Source: Candidatus Atelocyanobacterium thalassae (GTDB lineage Bacteria > Cyanobacteriota > Cyanobacteriia > Cyanobacteriales > Microcystaceae). Taken from it: 64,000 nt of DNA. The notes below the pieces were generated by a model, which was given only the letters and a program-made list of their open reading frames with translations, made no database searches and was not told the DNA's origin. Position numbers and translations under genes: made by a program. The DNA lies in assembly GCA_051971635.1 (NCBI GenBank), contig JBFPLN010000003.1:448001-512000 (forward strand), given 5' to 3'. Positions 32,915 through 42,374 of this stretch are shown piece after piece. Within the stretch, counting starts at the first letter, position 1, and the number at the start of each line of letters is the position of its first letter.

Positions 32915-33967
32915 ATGATGTTAACTTCTATGAAATTTAATTTCCCATCTTCTAGCGATGTTCATAATGCTATTAACAATTCTGATATTTTTAATTTTAA
33001 TTTACCTAACCCAGAAGATATTGAAATAGAAGAAATAGATTTTCAAAAGCAACTAAATACAGTGTGGAAAGTTTGTGATCATTTTGATTTACAGACAGAC
33101 ATTTGGCGAGGTAGGATTTTAAGAGCAGCTCGTGATCGTGAAAAAAAGCAAGGTAACAATGCAAAAATAGGATTTGTACGTTGGCTAAAGGAGAGAGAAA
33201 TTTCAAAAAACCAAGCTTATAGGTTAATTCAATTAGCTGAAAGTGCTGACAAGCTACTTGAAGAAGGTGATTTGTCTACTGACTCTATTAATAATTTTAG
33301 TAAGCGTGCTTTTATAGAAACAGCAAAATCAAAGCCAGAAATACAAAAGATAATTAGCGAAGCAGCCAAAAATGGTGATCACATTACTTGTAGAGAAGTT
33401 AAGCAATTATCAAATGAGTGGAACACTATGAGTTCCGATTTATTACCTGGTAAAGTTAAAGAGAAAATTGAGCAAGGAGTATTAATGTCTCACCATGTAG
33501 CTCCATTAGTTCAAGCAATGGAAAACTTGCCTGATTGTCATTTAAAGAATATTCAAAAAGAAATCTATAAAAATTCTGAAATAGATAATATTAAGTCCTT
33601 AACCACAGATTCAAAAAACTTAGCCCAATGTTTAGAGGTTGCTGCACAGTTACAAGCTTTAAAGAATGAGAAGTTTCCTTTAGATATGGAAATGGTGCTA
33701 GAAGAGTCGATAAGATTAGAATGCTTAAATACTACTGTAGACTTGATTAAACAAGCTTCTCAACTAGAGCAAATAGTAGTAAAACTTTATATAGCTTGGA
33801 AACGTTTGGTAAATATTTCAGATAAATTATATGTAGATACGGGAGAAAGTAGCCCTAACTTAAGGTCTATGCTGTCATCTCTAGAGTCACTAAGCGGGGA
33901 AATTATCGAAGTACCACTTGATGAATTAAAAGAAAAGGTTATTAAACTAGGAATTCTCCCTGAATAA
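32915..33967 (+). CDS. Conserved cyanobacterial hypothetical protein
   Basis: 350 aa with LPxPED, VCDxFDLQTDIWRGRILRA, FSKRAFIETA and LYVDTGESSPNLR motifs. Confidence 0.8.
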   Translation: MMLTSMKFNFPSSSDVHNAINNSDIFNFNLPNPEDIEIEEIDFQKQLNTVWKVCDHFDLQTDIWRGRILRAARDREKKQGNNAKIGFVRWLKEREISKNQAYRLIQLAESADKLLEEGDLSTDSINNFSKRAFIETAKSKPEIQKIISEAAKNGDHITCREVKQLSNEWNTMSSDLLPGKVKEKIEQGVLMSHHVAPLVQAMENLPDCHLKNIQKEIYKNSEIDNIKSLTTDSKNLAQCLEVAAQLQALKNEKFPLDMEMVLEESIRLECLNTTVDLIKQASQLEQIVVKLYIAWKRLVNISDKLYVDTGESSPNLRSMLSSLESLSGEIIEVPLDELKEKVIKLGILPE

Positions 33968-34070
33968 ATAGTATTTTTCTTATAACTAATCATATTGAGG
34001 GGTCTTCATATAAAAACTGATATATAGGAATAAATTGTTACCAGAGACATATGAAGATCATATAATAATT

Positions 34071-34114
34071 AAACGATAGCGGTTCCTATATAATATTAAG
34101 AACCAATATCGTTT
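34071..34114. terminator. Imperfect hairpin downstream of tRNA-Phe
   Basis: aaacgata-gc-ggttc ... gaacc-aa-tatcgttt. Confidence 0.45.
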
Positions 34115-34120
34115 GAATGA

Positions 34121-34193
34121 TGCCAGGAGGCGGGCTTGAACCGCCGACACGAGGATTTTCAGTCCACTGCTCTACCAACTGAGCTATCCCGGC
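34121..34193 (-). tRNA. trnF: tRNA-Phe(GAA)
   Basis: Reverse complement GCCGGGATAGCTCAGTTGGTAGAGCAGTGGACT-GAA-AATCCTCGTGTCGGCGGTTCAAGCCCGCCTCCTGGCA. Confidence 0.96.
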
Positions 34194-34220
34194 ATGGCTC
34201 TTATTTAAGTGCCACAAACA

Positions 34221-34249
34221 ATGATAGCAAATTTTTTTTCTTGTTGCAA
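34221..34249 (-). promoter_or_regulatory. Putative sigma70-type promoter of tRNA-Phe
   Basis: Minus strand TTGCAA-N17-TATCAT with an extended -10 TG. Confidence 0.6.
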
Positions 34250-34676
34250 TAGTATTTACAATTTTTCATATATAGATATATTTGCTCAGAAGGTCTGAAA
34301 ATAAAAAGAATAGCCCCAGTACAATGCTTATATAGGTTTTGAAGACTGCTCAAGCAAATATGAATTATTTGTCTAGTAAAAACTAAAAGTATCAGATTAT
34401 CATTAATAATCAAAATTTTTTAAATTTACCATTATTTCTTTTTGCCATAAATATTTAAAATAAACTTCAGTTTCAAATGATATGAATAGTCTATATACAA
34501 AGCCTAATACAGATACTTGTATGAAATTTCTAGTTCGTATTTTTACAAATCAGAAATTATGACTGCTATACTTAATAGGTACATAATCTTCTGTAATAAA
34601 TATCTCTAATTACAAAAAATCGTTTCTTAATGTAAATTTAGAGATAAGACTAAAATTATTTTATTAAATTAGTATT

Positions 34677-35021
34677 ATGAATGGAGACAAAGTTAACACA
34701 GAAAATAATGACTGGATTAGACAACTAGTGCTTATGGGAATTGGCACAACTTCAATGGCTGCTGAAAAATTAAAAGAAGCCAGTGAAGAGTGGGTAAAAG
34801 AGGGCAAAATTAATCCTGACCAGGCTCAGGGTTTTGTTGACGAGCTATTAGGTCAAATCAAAATCGGACAGAATAGTCTTGAAATCAATATAGAACGGGA
34901 AATTCGTAATATTTTACGAGATCTAGGTGTTCCAAGACAGTCAGAAATAGATGAACTAAGAGGAAGGATTGATCGCTTAGAACATCAAGTCAGAGATTTA
35001 GAAAATAAGTCATGGAATTAA
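34677..35021 (+). CDS. Phasin-like (PhaF/Slr0455-like) protein
   Basis: LMGIGTTS, WVKEGKINPDQA and DLGVPRQSEIDELRGRIDRLE motifs. Confidence 0.75.
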   Translation: MNGDKVNTENNDWIRQLVLMGIGTTSMAAEKLKEASEEWVKEGKINPDQAQGFVDELLGQIKIGQNSLEINIEREIRNILRDLGVPRQSEIDELRGRIDRLEHQVRDLENKSWN

Positions 35022-35046
35022 AAAGATTCAATCTAAAAAAGAAATT

Positions 35047-35208
35047 CTGCAAGAGACTTCTATTGATTTAGATATTGTCATAATTTCAAGTCTATCCTTA
35101 CTATTAAGTTTTATTATTAATAATCTGAAGAGTTATGAGTCTAATTAAGCCCTAAAAAGCAAGTATACTCACACTTTACTAAATATTGTTAACAAAGAAC
35201 TAAAAAAT
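35047..35208 (+). other. In-frame relic of an N-terminal hydrophobic leader of the FKBP, interrupted by TAA at 35146-35148
   Basis: LQETSIDLDIVIISSLSLLLSFIINNLKSYESN*ALKSKYTHTLLNIVNKELKN, in frame with ATG 35209. Confidence 0.55.
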
Positions 35209-35562
35209 ATGAATTTAGAAAAAATTATTACTACTGCCTCAGGACTACAGTATATCGATATTAAAGATGGCAGTGGGATGAACCCCACTGCTGGTCAATT
35301 TGTTTCTGTTCATTATATAGGAACTCTCGAAAATGGTAAAAAATTTGACAGTTCCTATGACCGTAATCAAGCTTTTTCCTTTAAGATAGGTATTGGACAA
35401 GTAATTAAAGGTTGGGATGAGGGAGTCTCTTCTATGAAAACTGGAGGACAAAGAAAATTAATTATTCCATCTGTTTTAGGATATGGTTCGAGAGGGGCAG
35501 GCAACGTAATTCCTCCTAATGCTGTACTAATTTTTGATATTGAATTATTGAATATAAAATAA
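35209..35562 (+). CDS. FKBP-type peptidyl-prolyl isomerase (catalytic domain only)
   Basis: TTASGLQY, VHYxGTLENGKKFDSS, GQVIKGWDEG, LGYGSRG and IPPNAVLIFDIELL motifs. Confidence 0.95.
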   Translation: MNLEKIITTASGLQYIDIKDGSGMNPTAGQFVSVHYIGTLENGKKFDSSYDRNQAFSFKIGIGQVIKGWDEGVSSMKTGGQRKLIIPSVLGYGSRGAGNVIPPNAVLIFDIELLNIK

Positions 35563-35581
35563 TTGTAGAGATCTGTATCAG

Positions 35582-35617
35582 GATTAGGATAAGTATTAAT
35601 TATTACTTACCCTAATC
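35582..35617 (+). terminator. Hairpin downstream of the FKBP gene
   Basis: gattagg-a-taagta pairs with tactta-c-cctaatc (one mismatch). Confidence 0.55.
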
Positions 35618-35936
35618 TAGCTGTAATTTTTTTGATAATAAAGATATTAGATTATCTCTTAAGTAACTTTAAGAAGATTTTTTACTTTTAAATTCATATA
35701 AAGTTATTTATAAAAATATAAACTAATAATCCCATAGTAGAAAATAGATAGATAATTCTTTACTAAAAATCATAAATTAGGCTAGAATAATTTAGCTTAT
35801 AATTATATAAATGATACTGATTACTTTAACAGATGTAATTGTAAGATAACTTGTTCTAGTTTTAGTTTTGGCTGATACTGAGAAAACATGACTAAATTCT
35901 TACCATGTACTCCTATCTAAATATACAGGTAAAATT

Positions 35937-37283
35937 ATGCAATTTTCCAAAATATTAATTGCCAATCGCGGGGAAATAGCTTTACGAATTTTACATAGTT
36001 GTGAAGAACTTGGTATTAAGACAGTAGCTGTTCATTCTACAATAGATCGTCAATCATTACATGTTCAGTTAGCTGATGAAAGTATTTGTATTGGTCCACC
36101 TTCAAGTAGTAAAAGTTATCTAAATATTCCTAATATTATTTCAGCTGCTTTAACTCATAATGCCACAGCGATTCATCCTGGTTATGGATTTTTATCTGAA
36201 AATGCAAGATTTGCAGAAATCTGTGCCGATCATAAAATAGTATTTATTGGTCCTTCTCCTGAGGTAATTTATGCTATGGGAGATAAATCAACTGCAAAAA
36301 AAACAATGCAGAAAGCTGGAGTTCCAACTATCCCTGGTAGCTGGGGACTACTAGAAAGTCAAGAAAATGCATTAAGTATTGCTCGCGATATTGGTTATCC
36401 CGTAATCATTAAAGCTACAGCAGGTGGTGGTGGACGGGGAATGCGTTTGGTGCGAGAAGAGAGTGAATTTTCTAAATCATTTCAAGCAGCACAAAGAGAA
36501 GCAGAAGCATTTTTTGGCAATTCTAGTGTCTACCTAGAAAAATTTATTGAACATCCACGTCATATTGAGTTTCAAATTTTAGCGGATAGTTATGGGAACA
36601 TCGTTCATTTAGGAGAAAGGGATTGTTCCATTCAGCGCCGACATCAAAAGCTGTTAGAGGAGGCGCCCAGTCCATTTTTAACTCCCCAACTTAGGAAAAA
36701 AATGGGAGATGCTGCAATCAAAGCCGCAAAATCCATAAATTATGTTGGAGCCGGTACTATCGAATTTTTAGTAGATAGTCAAAATAACTTTTACTTTATG
36801 GAAATGAATACTCGTATTCAAGTAGAGCATCCAGTAACAGAAATGATTACCGGATTAGATTTGATTACGAAGCAAATTTCTATTGCTCAAGGAGAAAAAT
36901 TACAATTAAAGCAAAGCGATATTATATTAAAAGGTCATTCAATAGAATGCCGTATTAATGCTGAGGATCCAAATTTAAACTTCCGTCCTTATCCTGGTAA
37001 AATAAGCGGTTATCTTCCTCCTGGAGGGCCAGGAGTTAGAATGGACTCTCATATCTATACTGATTACGAAATTCCACCATACTATGATTCTTTAATTGGA
37101 AAGTTAATTGTCTGGGGACCAGATCGTTTAACTGCCATTAAAAGAATGAAAAGAGCATTAAAAGAATGTGCTATCACTGGAGTTCCAACTACAATTGACT
37201 TCCATAAAAAAGTAATAGAGATACCAGCATTTTTAGCAGGAGAAACATATACTAACTTTATTGAAGAAAATCTAAAAAGTTAA
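35937..37283 (+). CDS. accC: Acetyl-CoA carboxylase biotin carboxylase subunit
   Basis: [40 protein letters not shown] and [10 protein letters not shown] motifs. Confidence 0.98.
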   Translation: MQFSKILIANRGEIALRILHSCEELGIKTVAVHSTIDRQSLHVQLADESICIGPPSSSKSYLNIPNIISAALTHNATAIHPGYGFLSENARFAEICADHKIVFIGPSPEVIYAMGDKSTAKKTMQKAGVPTIPGSWGLLESQENALSIARDIGYPVIIKATAGGGGRGMRLVREESEFSKSFQAAQREAEAFFGNSSVYLEKFIEHPRHIEFQILADSYGNIVHLGERDCSIQRRHQKLLEEAPSPFLTPQLRKKMGDAAIKAAKSINYVGAGTIEFLVDSQNNFYFMEMNTRIQVEHPVTEMITGLDLITKQISIAQGEKLQLKQSDIILKGHSIECRINAEDPNLNFRPYPGKISGYLPPGGPGVRMDSHIYTDYEIPPYYDSLIGKLIVWGPDRLTAIKRMKRALKECAITGVPTTIDFHKKVIEIPAFLAGETYTNFIEENLKS

Positions 37284-37380
37284 CAATACTTTTTTAGTAA
37301 TATCTATTGACATACTCAAAAGTTAATTCTTTAGTCTAGTTGCTAGCTAATAATATGAAGAGCTTTTTATTTATTAATTT

Positions 37381-38874
37381 TTATGTCAGTGGAAAGAAAA
37401 TGGCAAAAGTTTCTTCTCTTCTTGAACGTTGACGAACAATTAATTTGCCACCTAACCGATGAAAAAGATTTTTTGTTACATCTAAGTTTAAGCTAACACT
37501 ACCTGTTTCAGGTTGTAACATTAATACTTGCCCCAAAGCTTCAAGAGGATTATATCGTCCATAAGATTCTGTCTGAAATTGTAATTTTAATTGATGTCCT
37601 GCAGTACTAACCTGAATTCTAATTAAGCCCTGACCAGAAAGGCTCCGGGTACACTTTTCAATTAGAGATGTTAAAACCTTGTCTAGCATTCGAGGATCAC
37701 TAACTACTTGAGGTAATGTTTTAGGTAATCCTATGTCAAGATATATATTTCGACGCTGTGCTTGTTTTTTCCAGCGGGGAATACATCTGTTTAACAAAGT
37801 TTCTAAAGAAGTCTTTACCAATTCAACAGATGAGTTTTGATAGTTTTTACTTTTTAGTTCAGTAGCTCGAAAAATCAATTCCATTCGGTTAATCTGTTCA
37901 CTACATTCTTGATCTATATTTTCTAATAATTGAGTTATTTTTGGTTCTAAATCTTGGTATTTAAGGAGTAATCTAGTCATCGTTCGAATACTTGTTAAAG
38001 GGGTACGAACCTCATGACTTAATGCTCTCAATAAATCTAGGTCATTTGCTTTCTCAACATTGAGGGAAATATTTTTAGATAAATGATTCTTTTCATTTAT
38101 TGCGTCTAAATCTTTATTACATAGATTTTTCTTATAAATTATTGTTGATATAGAAGTAAAATTGTGGAGTAGCAGACGACTAAATTCTTCAATAACTTGG
38201 CAACGAGGAAAGACAGGAATAAATTTTTGAACTAATTGATCTAACTCAAATAATTGAGAGTAATTTAACGTATCAAGACCAAAACGGAGTCTGAGCCATC
38301 CTTTATAGTTCACTTCCGGATCGAATGTAAATTGAAATGTAGGAAAACCTAAAGAATTTTCTCCTAAAACTATCATTAAAGAAAACTGAGAAGTTAAAAT
38401 CAAACAAAATTGTTCAGATGCAAGAGAATCTTGTGGAAGTATAGGTAATTCCATCACACTTAAAGTATTAGAATTAATTTGACTAGAACAATTTATGTCT
38501 GCAGGCAATTTAAATTGCTTCCAGAGATTGAGGGTGTTGGTTTGTAAAGTAAAAATTCCGGTATGTAATATTTTTATGAGAGCAGGGTGGCATAGGATTG
38601 GAGTCGGAGCCGATAATATAATTCCTTGGCAAATTTCTTCATTGACTATGATTGGTTCTAAATAAGATAAAAGTAATGTTTCTAGAGCAGAAATCGAACT
38701 TACCCATTTTCCTTGTGCTTCTATACGTGCCTGCTTAATATCAATAGTATGTGATTGAAATAAATGGGATTCGACTTTTACCTTACTATAATCATTTATA
38801 ATTTTGCTAAGATTATCTAGGGAAGTCTCAGAAGTATCCATAAATTTCTCTTGATTTAATTCTTTAACTCTCAT
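37381..38874 (-). CDS. Cyanobacterial sensor histidine kinase with atypical ATPase domain (Hik34-like)
   Basis: H-box ALSHEVRTPLTSI; C-terminal domain lacks a canonical DxGxG G1 box; no TM segments. Confidence 0.8.
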   Translation of the reverse strand: MRVKELNQEKFMDTSETSLDNLSKIINDYSKVKVESHLFQSHTIDIKQARIEAQGKWVSSISALETLLLSYLEPIIVNEEICQGIILSAPTPILCHPALIKILHTGIFTLQTNTLNLWKQFKLPADINCSSQINSNTLSVMELPILPQDSLASEQFCLILTSQFSLMIVLGENSLGFPTFQFTFDPEVNYKGWLRLRFGLDTLNYSQLFELDQLVQKFIPVFPRCQVIEEFSRLLLHNFTSISTIIYKKNLCNKDLDAINEKNHLSKNISLNVEKANDLDLLRALSHEVRTPLTSIRTMTRLLLKYQDLEPKITQLLENIDQECSEQINRMELIFRATELKSKNYQNSSVELVKTSLETLLNRCIPRWKKQAQRRNIYLDIGLPKTLPQVVSDPRMLDKVLTSLIEKCTRSLSGQGLIRIQVSTAGHQLKLQFQTESYGRYNPLEALGQVLMLQPETGSVSLNLDVTKNLFHRLGGKLIVRQRSRREETFAIFFPLT

Positions 38875-39695
38875 ACTTTTATGGTTCTAGAGAAAATTAT
38901 AAGGTAGACACACAACAGAGGCTAATAATAAAGTAGAGTTTATTTTTGCTAAAATTGAATACCTTCTATAATTTTTGTACTTTTGTCAAAGAGACTAAAA
39001 TTTTAACATATTAGACAAAAAAATTAGGTAATTATCTGATCAAAGATGTAATGCAGGATACTATCATCATTTTTTGGTGAAATGCTTAGGATTTTACCAA
39101 TATAACCTAACCAATCTTTATAAGCCTTTTTCAATAGATATGTGCTTCTTATCGAAGCCCTCATTAGAAAGTTTTTTTACAGTATTCTTTATTTGTAATA
39201 TAGTTTTTTAAAACTCGAATTTTTACTAAAACTAATAATTTTTTCCTTTATATTCATAAACTACTTGATAGCTTTGAGGAGGTGAAGGTAGCAAGTATTG
39301 ATAATATATTTCTGAATTATCTCAAGAAGTAAAAAAACTCTCAAAACTAACAATTATTAATTTAGATTATGCTTTAGGTAAAATAAAAATGTGTCGTTAA
39401 TACTTCCATGACTTCCACAATATAATTCAATTAGATAGAGCTAGGAAAAATCATACCTTAAATCCAAATATAATGTACTGTACCTGACAGATTTTTTATA
39501 TTCTTGTTAAGTGAAACTTCCTTATCAAGTTTAAGAACATAACAATTAAAAAAAACATATATCTGAAGTTTGTCGTAATTATAACTTCAGAAATTTTGTT
39601 TTCATTTAAAGGTTACACTAAATCTTAAAAAAATACGACGAGTATTTATAGATTCTTTTTACAAGCGTAAGCCGTAATACTTTTAAACTATATAG

Positions 39696-39896
39696 CTACT
39701 TTTTTTCTTTAACTTTGGTTTTGGAAGTAATTGCCTCAATTTCGGACAAAGGAAAAGTAACTAACTTACTCCAATTTCCTCCTTCAAACAAAACAGCAGC
39801 TTTTCCATCGCTGACTCTTTGTACTAAACCTATAAAACAATAATAAGTATCGTCAGGATTAATAATTTTTACAGTTGTCCCTGGTAGAATTAACAT
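39696..39896 (-). CDS. ndhS: NDH-1 subunit S (ferredoxin-docking, SH3-like)
   Basis: From ATG 39896: [48 protein letters not shown]. Confidence 0.93.
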   Translation of the reverse strand: MLILPGTTVKIINPDDTYYCFIGLVQRVSDGKAAVLFEGGNWSKLVTFPLSEIEAITSKTKVKEKK

Positions 39897-40391
39897 TGTT
39901 CTCTCACAATATACTAGTTCATATTTATATTTTAGCAGATTACATTTCAACTCAACTTGAAGTTAAGATTTTTCAAGTATATTATTCTAAATAAATTATA
40001 TAAAAGTTTCTTAATTTTATTTTGTTATTAGTTAATACTATTTATCTAAAATATAAACTAATAGAATTAACGTTTTTTAAAATAACATCTTATAGAACTT
40101 ATATCGTTGAAAGTAAATATATTTTATGTTTTCAACTATGTCCTAATTTATGAAAGAGACTTATTTTTTGTAAAACAGTAAATATAATACTTGCATTAGT
40201 GTTATAGAATATTATTTATATTTTTTAAACTAGTCAAAATATAATAAAGGTGTTTCATTACTTATTCTAATTTCAAGTTAAATAAGCTCGAAATGCTTGT
40301 ATTAAATTTAATTAGTTATTTTCCTCTATCAACTTATCTTTTCATTGACATGTTACGATGAAAATCTTTTACTAGGTATGACAGTTTTATT

Positions 40392-42191
40392 ATGTCTATT
40401 CCACCCATTGTTTTAACATTAATAATTCTATTTTCGGCTCTAATTAGTTTTATTTTTGAGTTCTTTCCTGCAGATACTACAGCCATCGGAATTATGGTTA
40501 TCTTAATTGTATGTGGATTAGTAACTCCTGAAGAAGGTACATCTGGTTTTAGTAATTCTGCAACTATTACTGTAATGGCTATGTTTATTTTAAGTGGTGG
40601 GATTACTAGAACTGGAGGATTACAAGTTGTTAGAGATATCTTATTTCAGATTGGAGGAAAGAATTTAAAGAAGCAGATTGTTCTCATGGGGCTTATGGTA
40701 GGCTCTATTAGCGCTTTTATTAACAACACTGCAGTAGTTGCTGTTTTTTTGCCAATAATAGAGGCTTTTGGTAAAAAACAAAAAATTTCTTTGTCAAAAT
40801 TGCTAATTCCACTATCTTATACAGCTATTTTAGGAGGAGTTATCACTACGATTGGAACCTCTACTAATATATTAGCAAGTGGGCTATCAAAACAGTTGGG
40901 CTATGGAGAGTTTAGTATATTTTTAATTACCCCTATAGGAATTCCTGTATTTATTGTTGGACTAATATATTTAACTTTTTTTAGCTCTCGAATATTGCCA
41001 GATTGTAAATCAATTAATGATGATGGTTTTAATGTTGACTATGGAATGAAAGATTATGTTAGCGAAATTATTATTACCCCACGTTCTAACTTAGTCGGAC
41101 AAAGTCTACGCCAAAGTAAGATTCAGAGAAAGTTTGATATTGATGTATTAGAAATAATTCATAATAATATTCATTTTCCACAACCTTTAGCTGATAGGAT
41201 TTTATCATTAGGAGACATATTATTAGTTCGTGGAAGCAAAGAAGATTTATTACAGATTAGGGACGAAAAAGGAGTTGATATTTTAGCTAATATCAAATTT
41301 CATAAAAGGCAATTTAAAGATGAAATTAACTATAGAGAAGATAAAATAGCTGAAGTTCTTATATTATCCAATTCAAGATTAATAGGCTCTACATTAAAAG
41401 ATTTGCGTTTCCGTCAGAGGTATAATGCTACCGTGATTGCTATTCGTAGAGGAGAAGAGTTATTACGAACCAGATTAGGTAAAGTACGTCTAAAATTTGG
41501 AGATTTGTTACTAGTTCAAGGTCCAAAAGAAAGTTTTATTGGATTGCAGACAACACGCGAACTATTAGTTCTTGAGGAAAGAGATATAGAAACTTTACGA
41601 CAAAGTAAAGCTTATATAGCTATTGCCATCATTTTTGGCGTTGTTACTATTGCCGCATTAGAAATATTACCAATTTTAGTTAGCAGTCTAGTAGGTGTCA
41701 TACTAATGATTTTTACTGGATGTCTTAAGCCTGGAGAGATTTATGGTACAGTTCGTTGGGATATTATTTTTTTGTTGGCAGGTCTGATTCCTTTAGGAAT
41801 TGCCATGGAAAAATCTGGGACTAACTATTGGATAGCCCAGCATATTATTAGTATGGGGAATTATATCCCTGGTTATTTAGTCTTGGTTCTTTTTTATTTT
41901 GTTACTGCCTTATTTACTGAAATACTTTCAAATAATACATCTGTTTTACTAATGCTACCAGTCGCTGTTGAGGTAGCAGAAGGCTTTGGCTTTAATCCTA
42001 TTTCCTTTATGTTAGTAGTAATGTTTGCAGCTTCTAATAGTTTTATTACTCCCATAGGATATCAAACAAATACTATGGTTTATGTACCTGGGGGATATCG
42101 TTTCTTAGATTTTACTCGTGTTGGGTTACCTCTGACTTTTATGTTTACTTTTTTAGTGCCATTTCTTGTTAAATGTATATACGGAATCTAA
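40392..42191 (+). CDS. SLC13/DASS family permease with two TrkA-C domains
   Basis: SAFINNT, GTSTN, two RCK_C repeats, TEILSNN and TPIGYQTN motifs. Confidence 0.9.
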   Translation: MSIPPIVLTLIILFSALISFIFEFFPADTTAIGIMVILIVCGLVTPEEGTSGFSNSATITVMAMFILSGGITRTGGLQVVRDILFQIGGKNLKKQIVLMGLMVGSISAFINNTAVVAVFLPIIEAFGKKQKISLSKLLIPLSYTAILGGVITTIGTSTNILASGLSKQLGYGEFSIFLITPIGIPVFIVGLIYLTFFSSRILPDCKSINDDGFNVDYGMKDYVSEIIITPRSNLVGQSLRQSKIQRKFDIDVLEIIHNNIHFPQPLADRILSLGDILLVRGSKEDLLQIRDEKGVDILANIKFHKRQFKDEINYREDKIAEVLILSNSRLIGSTLKDLRFRQRYNATVIAIRRGEELLRTRLGKVRLKFGDLLLVQGPKESFIGLQTTRELLVLEERDIETLRQSKAYIAIAIIFGVVTIAALEILPILVSSLVGVILMIFTGCLKPGEIYGTVRWDIIFLLAGLIPLGIAMEKSGTNYWIAQHIISMGNYIPGYLVLVLFYFVTALFTEILSNNTSVLLMLPVAVEVAEGFGFNPISFMLVVMFAASNSFITPIGYQTNTMVYVPGGYRFLDFTRVGLPLTFMFTFLVPFLVKCIYGI

Positions 42192-42246
42192 TACTATTAC
42201 TTTTTAATACCATAAAAAGTAGCTTTTTTAGTCTAAATCGTTATTT

Positions 42247-42286
42247 TTAAAAGTGTCATATATTATTAAATATATGACACTTTTAA
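42247..42286. terminator. Perfect 18-bp inverted repeat
   Basis: ttaaaagtgtcatatatt-atta-aatatatgacacttttaa. Confidence 0.75.
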
Positions 42287-42374
42287 GTTAATTAGAATAT
42301 GTATAAATCAAGTTTTATAAGATAGATCAATAGTTATTATGTTCCAATTTTCTTATTAAAGGTTTAATGGTAAA

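Noticed and set aside
34201..34413. 70-aa ORF upstream of tRNA-Phe
   Set aside because: Overlaps the tRNA promoter, has AT-noise composition and no motif
34260..34565. Possible relic of a TIGR03792-family gene upstream of the phasin-like gene
   Set aside because: Only a faint resemblance (FLVRIF) to a recalled C-terminus; cannot be supported without alignment
39897..39950. 18-aa N-terminal extension of NdhS from a TTG start
   Set aside because: Known NdhS proteins begin at about MILPG, so ATG 39896 is the better start
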